Shown here piece after piece: positions 48,157-57,221 of a stretch of DNA of 64,000 bases; the first letter of the stretch is position 1; every line of letters starts with the position of its first letter. Origin of the DNA: a virus. Made by a program: the position numbers and the translations under genes. The notes under the pieces are model-generated. The model was given only the letters and a program-made list of their open reading frames with translations. It was not told where the DNA came from and did not search any database. The stretch covers positions 32,001-96,000 of the IMG/VR virus record IMGVR_UViG_3300033141_003979; one strand, written 5' to 3'.

Positions 48157-48213
48157 TTGAGCAAAATAAATCAATTTTTATTAAAATCAAAACAAGGAGA
48201 TAATTATGTCTAA
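48157..48213 (+). CDS. 18-aa uORF overlapping the next start
   Basis: GGAGG RBS, TTG start; its stop lies just inside the gene starting at 48206. Confidence 0.4.
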   Translation: MSKINQFLLKSKQGDNYV

Positions 48214-48946
48214 TACCGAATACAGATACGGCTGCCAAGTAATTTGTAACGAAAACGATATCTATCCTGCCATGAAAGACCTTGTTGAAAACAAGGGAAT
48301 GTCTGTAAATGCTGCCGCTAAGTTCGTTCACAAGGACAGCAGTGGTGAGGTAACTAAGGGAAGGGCAGAACAAGTATATCTAAGACGAACTCCTTCTATG
48401 CACATAGAACCTGATAAACCTTTGAAAAAACAGACAAAAGAAAACACAAAATTACAGTTAAGCGATATAAGGAAAGAAATCAAAGCAGGAAATGTGTCTG
48501 ATGACGATACGAAAAAGTTAGTAGATACTATTGCAGATGAAGTGTCAAAAGAAACAGTTCACCCAAGAATTGGGTCAAGGCTAAATACCGCTATAAAAAA
48601 GTATCATACAAAAAGAAGATTGACTCCAAAAACAGATGAAAAAAGTAAAATCGAAATGCTAAACAAGAAATTGGGGGAATGCTCTACCGAGCTTAAATTA
48701 TTGGTGGATGGTCAAATAAAAACGGCCTCCGGTGACCAGAAATATTTAGATGCCATAAAAGGCCACGCCCCTATGATCATATGGAGTTTTCATGATCTTG
48801 GGATAGACATACAAAAGGTATGCAGGTTGATAAATGGCAGAAAGGAGATTTCAAATGATGGTACAACCCAAGTTCAACCTCACGACATTATCGACATTAT
48901 CCCCAAAACCATTATCTCTACGACAATTAATCAAAAGGAAAATTGA
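48206..48946 (+). CDS. Hypothetical protein, possible N-terminal HTH
   Basis: AAGGAG RBS; GMSVNAAAKFV...AEQVYLR. Confidence 0.65.
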   Translation: MSNTEYRYGCQVICNENDIYPAMKDLVENKGMSVNAAAKFVHKDSSGEVTKGRAEQVYLRRTPSMHIEPDKPLKKQTKENTKLQLSDIRKEIKAGNVSDDDTKKLVDTIADEVSKETVHPRIGSRLNTAIKKYHTKRRLTPKTDEKSKIEMLNKKLGECSTELKLLVDGQIKTASGDQKYLDAIKGHAPMIIWSFHDLGIDIQKVCRLINGRKEISNDGTTQVQPHDIIDIIPKTIISTTINQKEN

Positions 48947-49574
48947 TTATATAATAGAGACAGAAGTTCGCGTATCCCCATTTATAACTTGGATTAGCAA
49001 GGGGCAAATTCTTTGGGGAAACGGAATGCACTGGAAAAATGCAAAAGACAAATGGCTTAAAGAAGGAATAACCAAACATGCAGGAATAACAAGACCAACA
49101 AACGATGAGCTTAAATATCAAATCGGAGAATATGGATATTGTATGCCATGGCCTCCCCCGACATTTCCACCTATGTTAGGCCAAGTAATGCGTCCTGATT
49201 TTGTTAACCAATGGATTGACGGAAAACAATATACAGATCTTCGTTTTTTTTGGGGGTTAGGGTATGTCAATGAACAAGGCAAGCTAATTCCTGAATATGG
49301 AAATGGAGTAGCTGGATATTTCATGTTTATGGCAGATTCGCCTTTCCGTGAATTCCAACAACAATGGTTAGATAAACAGCCAAAATGGAAGAGGATACAA
49401 TGGGCTAGATGTAATGATACTTACATTTCTGCAGTTGACTATCAAATAAAAGCTAGCCGCAGAAAAATGATAGTAAGCCAACGACTTCTTGGAGTTCAAG
49501 AATATAAAGAGCTTGATGCCGCTAAAAATTTAGAATTAGAAGATACTCCATGGAGAAAAGAAAGTAAAGAATAG
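48834..49574 (+). CDS. Hypothetical protein (start uncertain)
   Basis: 246-aa ORF overlapping the previous gene. Confidence 0.6.
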   Translation: MAERRFQMMVQPKFNLTTLSTLSPKPLSLRQLIKRKIDYIIETEVRVSPFITWISKGQILWGNGMHWKNAKDKWLKEGITKHAGITRPTNDELKYQIGEYGYCMPWPPPTFPPMLGQVMRPDFVNQWIDGKQYTDLRFFWGLGYVNEQGKLIPEYGNGVAGYFMFMADSPFREFQQQWLDKQPKWKRIQWARCNDTYISAVDYQIKASRRKMIVSQRLLGVQEYKELDAAKNLELEDTPWRKESKE

Positions 49575-49634
49575 ATAATAAAAAAGAGCATTCCCCCTCT
49601 TTTTATTTTTAATAAAAAAGGAATATAAACTACT

Positions 49635-50909
49635 TTGACTAAAAATAATAAAGAAGAACAAAAAAAAGGAATCAAAGGCGTTTTTATTCCTGGCGAAGTT
49701 GCTTTTAATAAAACCCTCACAAAAACAGATATGTTTATTTGGTGGCAGATCGATTCACTTGACTGCACAGAAAAGCATTGTTTTGCAAGCAATGAATTCA
49801 TTTCTGATCAACTTGACTTAAACCCCCAGACAGTTTCAAATTCCATATCTAAACTAAAAGATCTTGGATATTTCAAGCAGGTAAGTTTCAATGGCCGCAA
49901 GAGAGTTTTAGCAAGAGATGATAGTTACCTTGAAAAATACAGGCATCTCGTTGATAAATATAACAGTGATAATAAAAACAGACTAAATCGATCCTTATAT
50001 GCAGACTATAATGACTCTTATAAGCAGACTAAGTCAACTCTTATAGGAGATATAAATAAGAATAGTAATAATAGTTTAGAAATTAATTCTAAAGAATTAA
50101 TAAATGATTCTGACGAATCACAAAAAATCTTTCCTGACAAAAATCCTATCAAACCTTCATACTCATCCAAATATGAAATATTCTCCTTGAGATTAATTCA
50201 ATTCTGGAATTCATTTCCTCATACCTCTATTCATAAAATTATTACTCCTCCAACAAAAACCTATCAATCCTTAATTAAAAATCTCTGTTCCTTGCAAACA
50301 GGAACCTTCCATAAGAACGGGAAACAATTTGATCCTGAATGGATCAAAAAGGACAAAATCCCTGAGAAATGGTTTTCTCTTGCTTGGACATATCAAGAGT
50401 TACGTGATGGAATTCAAGAAGCATCTAAATATAGTATGGAAGGATATTGGCCTTATAAAAAAAGAGAATTTTTCAAATCCTTAGCAAATCTCATATATGA
50501 TGCACACAGTCGAAAGAGTTGGTTGTTGGCCGCTATAAAAAACCCACCTAAGCTTCTCAAAGAATCTTCAAATGAACAATGGCAAAATCCTTTTCCGGAA
50601 ACAACTAAGATCTTTTTGGATGCAGGAATTTGGCCAAATGGATATGAAGTAGATTGTAAGATGCTTGCCAGAGGCATTGCCTCCTTGAAGATCTTCTCTG
50701 ATAATCTAGTCCCAGATTCCTACAATAAAATCAATCATTGGTTTGGTACCTTATATAAGCTTTCCACTGAATATATTACTTGGTTACAAGATCAAGACTG
50801 GTTGACCGATATCAAGGAAAATGTCATCGGGACAGAAAACGGAGTGTTTAAAAAATTCATTGAAGATCAGGAAAGGGAAATTGGGGTGAAGATAAGGGTG
50901 CAAGAATGA
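49635..50909 (+). CDS. Winged-HTH replication initiator-like protein
   Basis: IDSLD....CFASNEFISDQLDLNPQTVSNSISKLKDLGY (HTH_36-like); upstream of DnaB. Confidence 0.7.
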   Translation: MTKNNKEEQKKGIKGVFIPGEVAFNKTLTKTDMFIWWQIDSLDCTEKHCFASNEFISDQLDLNPQTVSNSISKLKDLGYFKQVSFNGRKRVLARDDSYLEKYRHLVDKYNSDNKNRLNRSLYADYNDSYKQTKSTLIGDINKNSNNSLEINSKELINDSDESQKIFPDKNPIKPSYSSKYEIFSLRLIQFWNSFPHTSIHKIITPPTKTYQSLIKNLCSLQTGTFHKNGKQFDPEWIKKDKIPEKWFSLAWTYQELRDGIQEASKYSMEGYWPYKKREFFKSLANLIYDAHSRKSWLLAAIKNPPKLLKESSNEQWQNPFPETTKIFLDAGIWPNGYEVDCKMLARGIASLKIFSDNLVPDSYNKINHWFGTLYKLSTEYITWLQDQDWLTDIKENVIGTENGVFKKFIEDQEREIGVKIRVQE

Positions 50910-51136
50910 TTGATACAATGGCTCAATATGCCATCATGGTGTTAGGGCCTACAGCAACTTGGGTTGTGGGTTGGAAAGGAGAAAAAAGACGATGGGGCTA
51001 TATCATCGGGATTGCCTGTCAACCTTTTTGGTTCGTTACTTTATATGAAAACAAACAATGGCCAATCTTTATTGTTGCTTCTTTATATACCTTTTCCTGG
51101 ATACAAGGGTTTTGGAATCATTGGGTGAAGAGATGA
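50906..51136 (+). CDS. Small 3-TM protein (PnuC-half-like)
   Basis: RRWGYIIGIACQPFW...QWPIF...GFWN. Confidence 0.6.
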   Translation: MIDTMAQYAIMVLGPTATWVVGWKGEKRRWGYIIGIACQPFWFVTLYENKQWPIFIVASLYTFSWIQGFWNHWVKR

Positions 51137-51333
51137 AAAATCAACCCATCGGCATTTGCCGGATCTGCCATAAAGAATTTTGTATAACCCGGTTAGGCAA
51201 AATGTATCGGCATGGGTATAGGTATCACAGGATTAAAAGAGATGGCGGATTCTTTTCATTTATTCGTTATCAGACAATTAGAACACAGCCTCCTTGTACA
51301 GGTAGCGGAATAAAGCCGTTGAGGGTAAAATAA
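51133..51333 (+). CDS. Small Zn-finger protein
   Basis: GICRICHK...RHG...CTGSG; start corrected to the ATGA overlap. Confidence 0.5.
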   Translation: MKNQPIGICRICHKEFCITRLGKMYRHGYRYHRIKRDGGFFSFIRYQTIRTQPPCTGSGIKPLRVK

Positions 51334-51337
51334 TATA

Positions 51338-52855
51338 ATGTTACAAAGATCTAAGCCCCCAGATTCGCGCATAGAACGCCAGATTTGCACCGGGCTTATA
51401 GTATCGGAGCAATTTATCAGAGAGATTAAACCAATCCTTCAACCAAATTCCCTTCAGCTTCCATTCACTCAGATAGTAGCAAACTGGTGTCTCGAATACT
51501 TTGATCAGTTTCAAACAGCTCCTGGCAGAAACATCCAAGACATATTCATCGAACACCGAAAAAGTAGTCTTGATCCTGATACAGCAGAATTGATTGAGGA
51601 TTTCTTGACTGGAATTTCTGATGAATATGAACGACAAGATGTATTCAATATTGGTTATATTCTAAAGAAAGCAGAAGATCATTTAAGGAATGTTTCTCTG
51701 CAAAACCTTTCCAAGGAGATTGCAAAAGCAGCTAGCGGAGGTAGGATTGAGGAAGGGGAAGCATTAGTAAAAGGTTATGAACGCATAGCAAGGCCACAAG
51801 CCAGAGGGGTAGACCCTATCAATGATTCTTCTGTCATTGTCAATGCCTTCACAGAAGATTCCGGAGACAAGTTATTTTCCCTGCCCGGAGCAGTAGGGAA
51901 AATGATGGGGCCGATGGAAAGAGGATGGTTATTCTCATTTGTTGCACCTGCAAAGGGAGGGAAAACTTGGTGGTTAATGCTAACTGCTTTGAAGGCATTG
52001 TTTTCTGGATATAATGTAATTTTTGTCAGTATGGAAATGTCAGAAAAGGCCATGACCAGGAGAATTCATCACTACATAAATGGTTTACCGACAAGGCGGT
52101 GGGCGGGGGAAATGTTGATCCCTGTCTTTGATTGTGAATGGAATCAGAAAGATACCTGTAAGAAATCAGTACGAAAGAATAAAATCAAATTATTATCTGA
52201 TGAAGGAAACCAGATTTCAGATTTTGATGACGCTTTAAAAGATTATACCCCTTGTACAGAATGCATGGGGACAAAGAAGTTTGCCTGTGAAAGTTGGTTT
52301 AAGAAAGTTACCAAAAAAGAACTGACAATCGAGCAAGCACTTAGAAAAAAACAGGCAATAAAGAGATCTGCCCTGGTCCGTGGTAGCCGGTTTCATCTTG
52401 TGGAATTCCCTTCAGGCACTTTAACTATGTCAGAATTGAAAGCATATTTGTATAATCGGGAACAATATCGTGGAGAGATCTATGATGTTATCTGCACAGA
52501 TTATGCAGATAAAATGAAGGCAGAATCCAGCTGGGAATATCGCCATGGGATAAATGAGATTTGGGAAGGACATAAAGGATTAGCACAGGAGAAAAACGCC
52601 CTAGTTGCCACTGCCAGCCAATCTAATACTGCCAGGTCAGGGAAAGACATTAAGCAAGGAGATTGGGCCGAGGATATTAGGAAATTGAACCTGATTGATG
52701 CTGGAATGGCACTCAACATGTCACCAGAAGAAAAGAAAAGAGGAGTTATGCGAGCAGGGCTCATGGCACAGAGACATGAATTTTTCGATGTTTTAGGAAT
52801 TGTTCATGTTTTACATCAGTTGAAGATAGGTCGTCCGTATTTGCAAAGTTATTGA
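51338..52855 (+). CDS. dnaB: DnaB-like replicative helicase with Cys-rich insertion
   Basis: APAKGGKTWWL (Walker A), VSMEMS, ICTDYADKM, TASQSN, AEDIRK. Confidence 0.85.
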   Translation: MLQRSKPPDSRIERQICTGLIVSEQFIREIKPILQPNSLQLPFTQIVANWCLEYFDQFQTAPGRNIQDIFIEHRKSSLDPDTAELIEDFLTGISDEYERQDVFNIGYILKKAEDHLRNVSLQNLSKEIAKAASGGRIEEGEALVKGYERIARPQARGVDPINDSSVIVNAFTEDSGDKLFSLPGAVGKMMGPMERGWLFSFVAPAKGGKTWWLMLTALKALFSGYNVIFVSMEMSEKAMTRRIHHYINGLPTRRWAGEMLIPVFDCEWNQKDTCKKSVRKNKIKLLSDEGNQISDFDDALKDYTPCTECMGTKKFACESWFKKVTKKELTIEQALRKKQAIKRSALVRGSRFHLVEFPSGTLTMSELKAYLYNREQYRGEIYDVICTDYADKMKAESSWEYRHGINEIWEGHKGLAQEKNALVATASQSNTARSGKDIKQGDWAEDIRKLNLIDAGMALNMSPEEKKRGVMRAGLMAQRHEFFDVLGIVHVLHQLKIGRPYLQSY

Positions 52856-52866
52856 TATTTTTTTTG

Positions 52867-52898
52867 TTTTGAAACTTTGATATTTTCTTATAATAAAA
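52867..52898 (+). promoter_or_regulatory. 32-bp promoter-like repeat, copy 2
   Basis: TTTTGAAACTTTGATATTTTCTTATAATAAAA is identical to 57152-57183. Confidence 0.75.
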
Positions 52899-52993
52899 TA
52901 TAAGGAAATAATAAGGTGTTTAAAAAGAAATATAATGTAGAAGAGATTAGAGGAAATAATATCTAAAACCAAGAGGTTGAAAACAAGAATATT

Positions 52994-53740
52994 ATGAGAG
53001 ACAAAAACAATTTAAAAAGCCGGTTTAAAAGAAAAAATATAAATACAAATTCTTTAGAAAAAGAAATTTTAGAACAGGCTAATAAATTATTTAAAGGATT
53101 AGACAAATTAAAGTCTGAAACAAAAATTAACACTATAAATGAAATAAAGAAAAAACTCCATAATTATAGCCCGTTTAAAAACGAACCGGTTGATTGTGTT
53201 TTGTGGGCAAGAGGCAAAGATATATATGCCAATGATTATAATCCAAATGCTGTCGCTCCTCCAGAAATGGAATTGTTAAAACAATCCATTTTAGAGGATG
53301 GATTTACCCAACCAATTGTATCATGGAAAACTGAAAATGGAATTGAGGTTGTTGATGGTTTCCATAGAAATAGAGTTGGAAAAGAAGTGCCAGAAATACA
53401 GGATCGCCTTTTTGGATATTTACCTGTTGTAAATATTAATCAAAACAGAGAACAAAAAGGAGATAGAATAGCATCTACTATTCGGCATAACAGAGCAAGA
53501 GGGACCCACAATATAGAATTAATGAGCACTATTGTCACCGAATTAGTAGAAATGGGAAAAGGAGATCCTTGGATTTGTAAGCATGTAGGGATGAGTATAG
53601 ATGAATTATTAAGATTAAAACAAATAACAGGAGTTGCTGCGTTATTTAAAAATAGAGACTTTTCTGAAAGCTGGGAAGTAGACATTAGTGTGGATTATTA
53701 TGAAAACAACCAAAATGATTTTATAGAACAAAAAGAATGA
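52994..53740 (+). CDS. ibrB: IbrB-like ParB/Srx-domain protein
   Basis: SPFKNEPVDCVLW...ANDYNPNAVAPPEMELL..SILEDGFTQPIV...VVDGFHR...ASTIRHNRARGTH. Confidence 0.85.
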   Translation: MRDKNNLKSRFKRKNINTNSLEKEILEQANKLFKGLDKLKSETKINTINEIKKKLHNYSPFKNEPVDCVLWARGKDIYANDYNPNAVAPPEMELLKQSILEDGFTQPIVSWKTENGIEVVDGFHRNRVGKEVPEIQDRLFGYLPVVNINQNREQKGDRIASTIRHNRARGTHNIELMSTIVTELVEMGKGDPWICKHVGMSIDELLRLKQITGVAALFKNRDFSESWEVDISVDYYENNQNDFIEQKE

Positions 53741-54120
53741 AAAAGATTTGGCATCCTTGGTATTTATGGGAATGTTATAAGGCAGGCTTTTATTCTTCAT
53801 TTTTAGATATAAAAATAGACATTGAAGATGCTCAAGAACAATACAAAGTGTTTTTATCAGATTTAAAATTGTTCGAAAGAGTATTAAAGTGCGTAATTAT
53901 AGAATGGAAATATTCATGCGAACACTTTTTGACCGATAAAGGCAGGAATAGAATTGCGTGGTTGGGGCAAGCATGTATGGCGTATTATGCCGGAATACCA
54001 TCCGAGGCCCGTGCTGGATTTAAGTTATTAACAGAACAGCAACAAATTAATGCCAATGCAATGGCGTTGAAATATTTAAAAATTTGGGAAAATAAAAATT
54101 CGGATAAAGTCCTTGAATGA
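53737..54120 (+). CDS. Hypothetical protein in the IbrAB cassette
   Basis: WHPWYLWECYKAGFY...WKYSCEHFLT...NRIAWLGQA; ATGA-coupled on both sides. Confidence 0.7.
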   Translation: MKKIWHPWYLWECYKAGFYSSFLDIKIDIEDAQEQYKVFLSDLKLFERVLKCVIIEWKYSCEHFLTDKGRNRIAWLGQACMAYYAGIPSEARAGFKLLTEQQQINANAMALKYLKIWENKNSDKVLE

Positions 54121-55685
54121 AAACTAAGATAAAAAAATATATTCAAATGTGGAATAATCGCGGATACACAGAAGATATTCCTGATGAAGTTCCTGAAAAA
54201 TTAATGCAATTAAAATTAGCTCCGTCATATAAAGCCATAAGCATAGCAATTTTAAAAAATGACCACTCTATGAAAAATCTCGGATTTACTCCTAAAAAAT
54301 CCAAGTGGTATAATGAATTTAAACGCATAGAAATAGAAAATAGAAACAAGGAAACTTCTATGGAACAATACAATAATCCGAGGCTACTACGAAAATACAA
54401 TAAAAATAAAAACGTACATGATGCTACCAACGAACGATTTAAATTTATTTTTGATAATTTCCCAAGAATCTATTTGTCATTTTCAGGGGGAAAGGATAGT
54501 GGCATTATGCTTAATTTGGCACTAGAGTATATGAGAAAAAATAAAATAACTAAAAAAATAGGGTTGATGATTTTAGACAATGAAGCAAATTATGAGTATT
54601 CTCTTGAGTTCATGCACAAGATAATTAGAAAAAATCTTAATTTGCTTGATGTTTATTGGTGCTGTTTACCAATTACATTACCTTGCACGGTAAGCTCATA
54701 TGCTGTTGAATGGCAATGTTGGGGTGAAAGGGACAAAAAAAGATGGATAAGACCAATGCCACCTGATAGCTACATTACAAATTTTAAAAACCACAAGTTT
54801 GATTTTTTTTGGGAGGATATGAATTATGACGAATTTTGGGATAAATTTGGAGATTGGTATGGCCAAGGGCAAAGAACTGCATGTTTAATAGGTATTAGAA
54901 CTGTTGAAAGCTTGAATAGATATAGAGCCATAATGAACCCAAAAAAGAAAACTCTTAGGGGGCAAATGTGGACAAAAAAGAATACTAAATATGTATATAA
55001 TTGTTACCCAATATATGATTGGAGAACAGAAGATATTTGGACAGCTAATGCTAAATTTGGATGGGAGCATAACAAATTATATGATATTTTTTATAAAGCA
55101 GGAGTACCAGTTCATAGCATGAGAGTAGCATCTCCATTTATGTCTGAATCTAAATCAAGTCTTGGGCTATATAGGGTAATTGATCCTCATGTTTGGGCGA
55201 AGCTTTGTGCAAGGGTTCAGGGGGCTAATTTTATTGCAACGTATGGAAAACAATTAAATTATAGATCATTTAAACTACCAAAAGGACATACATGGAAATC
55301 CTTCACAAAATTTTTATTAGATACTTTGCCAAAAGAAGTAGCTGAAAATTTTAAAATGCGCTTCATTCAATCGTTTAAATATTGGGGAAGAGTGGGGCGC
55401 GGATTACCCAATAAAACTATAGAAGAACTAAAACAATATGATATTTCATTTAAATTAAATGGCCTTACTCATCATGGCAGAAAAGACTTATCTAGAGTAA
55501 GAATTCAGTCACTCCCTGATCATCTTGATATGTTAAGTTGTAATAATAGTCAAGTTACTTCATGGAAGCGATTTGCATTAACTATTTTGAAAAATGATCA
55601 TACCTGTAAATATATGGGACTTGCTCCTACAAAAGAACAAGCACTTAGACAAAGACAAATAATGGAAAAGTATAAAAATATTTAG
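54117..55685 (+). CDS. ibrA: IbrA-like PAPS-reductase-family / DUF3440 protein
   Basis: SFSGGKDSG (PP-loop), LIGIRTVESLNRY, YPIYDWRTEDIW, MRVASPF, SWKRFALTILKND. Confidence 0.85.
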   Translation: MKTKIKKYIQMWNNRGYTEDIPDEVPEKLMQLKLAPSYKAISIAILKNDHSMKNLGFTPKKSKWYNEFKRIEIENRNKETSMEQYNNPRLLRKYNKNKNVHDATNERFKFIFDNFPRIYLSFSGGKDSGIMLNLALEYMRKNKITKKIGLMILDNEANYEYSLEFMHKIIRKNLNLLDVYWCCLPITLPCTVSSYAVEWQCWGERDKKRWIRPMPPDSYITNFKNHKFDFFWEDMNYDEFWDKFGDWYGQGQRTACLIGIRTVESLNRYRAIMNPKKKTLRGQMWTKKNTKYVYNCYPIYDWRTEDIWTANAKFGWEHNKLYDIFYKAGVPVHSMRVASPFMSESKSSLGLYRVIDPHVWAKLCARVQGANFIATYGKQLNYRSFKLPKGHTWKSFTKFLLDTLPKEVAENFKMRFIQSFKYWGRVGRGLPNKTIEELKQYDISFKLNGLTHHGRKDLSRVRIQSLPDHLDMLSCNNSQVTSWKRFALTILKNDHTCKYMGLAPTKEQALRQRQIMEKYKNI

Positions 55686-55701
55686 AAAGGTGAGTTAAAA
55701 T

Positions 55702-56037
55702 ATGGCGGGGGCAAAAGAAAAAACTTATATAGATTGCAATGGTAAAAAAATTATTGCGATAGGACAAATTTATAAAATAATTTACCCAAATGGCAAAATA
55801 TATATTGGGCAAGACAGAACAGATGATATAAATTATTTTGGAAGTGCAAATAGCCATATAATAGCAGCAAGCTTTACAAAAAAACAAAGGAGGTTATTTA
55901 CTGTTACTAAAGAAATACTGTTTGAAAAAGCGCATTTAACAATTCAAGAACTAAACAGAATAGAGCGCAAATACATTGCATTATATAATTCTGATGATCC
56001 TGTAATTGGGTACAATAGAACAAAAAGGAAGGAATAA
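55702..56037 (+). CDS. GIY-YIG nuclease-family protein
   Basis: QIYKIIYPNGKIYIGQD...E..YI...GYN. Confidence 0.75.
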   Translation: MAGAKEKTYIDCNGKKIIAIGQIYKIIYPNGKIYIGQDRTDDINYFGSANSHIIAASFTKKQRRLFTVTKEILFEKAHLTIQELNRIERKYIALYNSDDPVIGYNRTKRKE

Positions 56038-56193
56038 AATGAGGTATTTTGGAGAATATGGTCTGTACCCTTTAAAACCACTAGATTATATTATAAATGA
56101 TATAAAGAATACCAACGAAAATGATTTAATTATTAAAGAAATATTAATATTTCTTTGTAAAAAAATAGCTGTTCTTGAAAAAGAGATAAAACA

Positions 56194-56574
56194 ATGAAAG
56201 TTATACAGATTGATGAATTAAAAGATACCAAAAGAGAAGTGAAGTTTCCATGCGGAATGATTAGCAATCGAATATTGCTAAAAAAAGACGCTATGGGGTA
56301 TACTTTAACAAGAACAGATATTCCAAAAGGGAACTGGCGTCATTGGCATTATAAAAATCATTTGGAAACTTGCTATTGTATATCGGGCAAGGCATTATTA
56401 CACGATATCAAAACTGGTATAATATATAATATTAATCCTGGATATATATATGTTTTAAATCAAAATGATAATCATAAATTTAAGGCATTAGAAAATACTG
56501 TTTTAATTTGTATATTTACTCCTCCATTAACTGGAGAAGAAATACATAATAGTAATGGTTCATACAGTATCTAA
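56194..56574 (+). CDS. ectC: Ectoine synthase (EctC)-like cupin
   Basis: SNRILLKKDAMGYT...HYKNHLETCYCISG...PG.IYVL.Q.D.H...CIFTPPLTGEEIH..NGSY. Confidence 0.85.
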   Translation: MKVIQIDELKDTKREVKFPCGMISNRILLKKDAMGYTLTRTDIPKGNWRHWHYKNHLETCYCISGKALLHDIKTGIIYNINPGYIYVLNQNDNHKFKALENTVLICIFTPPLTGEEIHNSNGSYSI

Positions 56575-56600
56575 AATTTAGACACTAGCAGTAAAAAGAA

Positions 56601-57140
56601 ATGATAGCCAAAAACCTAAAGAATAGCTGGATTCAGACCTATACAGGCAAACAATTTTTTCCATTAGCTCCAAAGATTGACCAGATCTGCATTGAGGACA
56701 TTGCACAATCTCTTGGAAAGATATGCAGATTCAATGGGCATACTTTAAAATTCTATTCGGTAGCAGAACACAGTATCTATGTCAGTCATTATGCTTCTGA
56801 GAAGAACTCCTTATGGGGCTTATTGCATGATGCTGCAGAGGCATATCTAGGGGATATAGTTAGGCCATTAAAGCCATTTCTGAATGGATACAAAGAAATA
56901 GAAAAGAATCTAAGTAAATGCATAGCCAAAAAATTCAATCTTGAATGGCCGATGCCAGAGGAAATCAAACAAATTGATATAGCAATACTACATGACGAAT
57001 CGATTCAAGTTATGGGTAAAAAGCCACAAGCATGGTCTCAGCTTAGCCTGTCTCCGCTTGGGGTTAGAATAATAGGTTTTGATTATAGTGATGCAACCCG
57101 AATATTTCTAGAAAGATATCAAGAATTGGTTAAATGCTAA
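56601..57140 (+). CDS. HD-domain 5'-deoxynucleotidase-like protein (YfbR/YfdR family)
   Basis: WIQTYTGKQF...IEDIA..L...CRFNGH...FYSVAEHS...LLHDAAEAYLGD. Confidence 0.85.
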   Translation: MIAKNLKNSWIQTYTGKQFFPLAPKIDQICIEDIAQSLGKICRFNGHTLKFYSVAEHSIYVSHYASEKNSLWGLLHDAAEAYLGDIVRPLKPFLNGYKEIEKNLSKCIAKKFNLEWPMPEEIKQIDIAILHDESIQVMGKKPQAWSQLSLSPLGVRIIGFDYSDATRIFLERYQELVKC

Positions 57141-57151
57141 TAAAAATAATC

Positions 57152-57183
57152 TTTTGAAACTTTGATATTTTCTTATAATAAAA
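57152..57183 (+). promoter_or_regulatory. 32-bp promoter-like repeat, copy 3
   Basis: Identical to 52867-52898. Confidence 0.75.
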
Positions 57184-57221
57184 CATATGAAACATAACCC
57201 AAAAGTAAAAGGAGAAAGAAG

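Noticed and set aside
1312-55685. A sulfur auxiliary pathway linking the sulfotransferase to the 'PAPS reductase'
   Set aside because: The latter is IbrA/DUF3440-type and paired with a ParB protein, not CysH. The genes are 52 kb apart in opposite arms.
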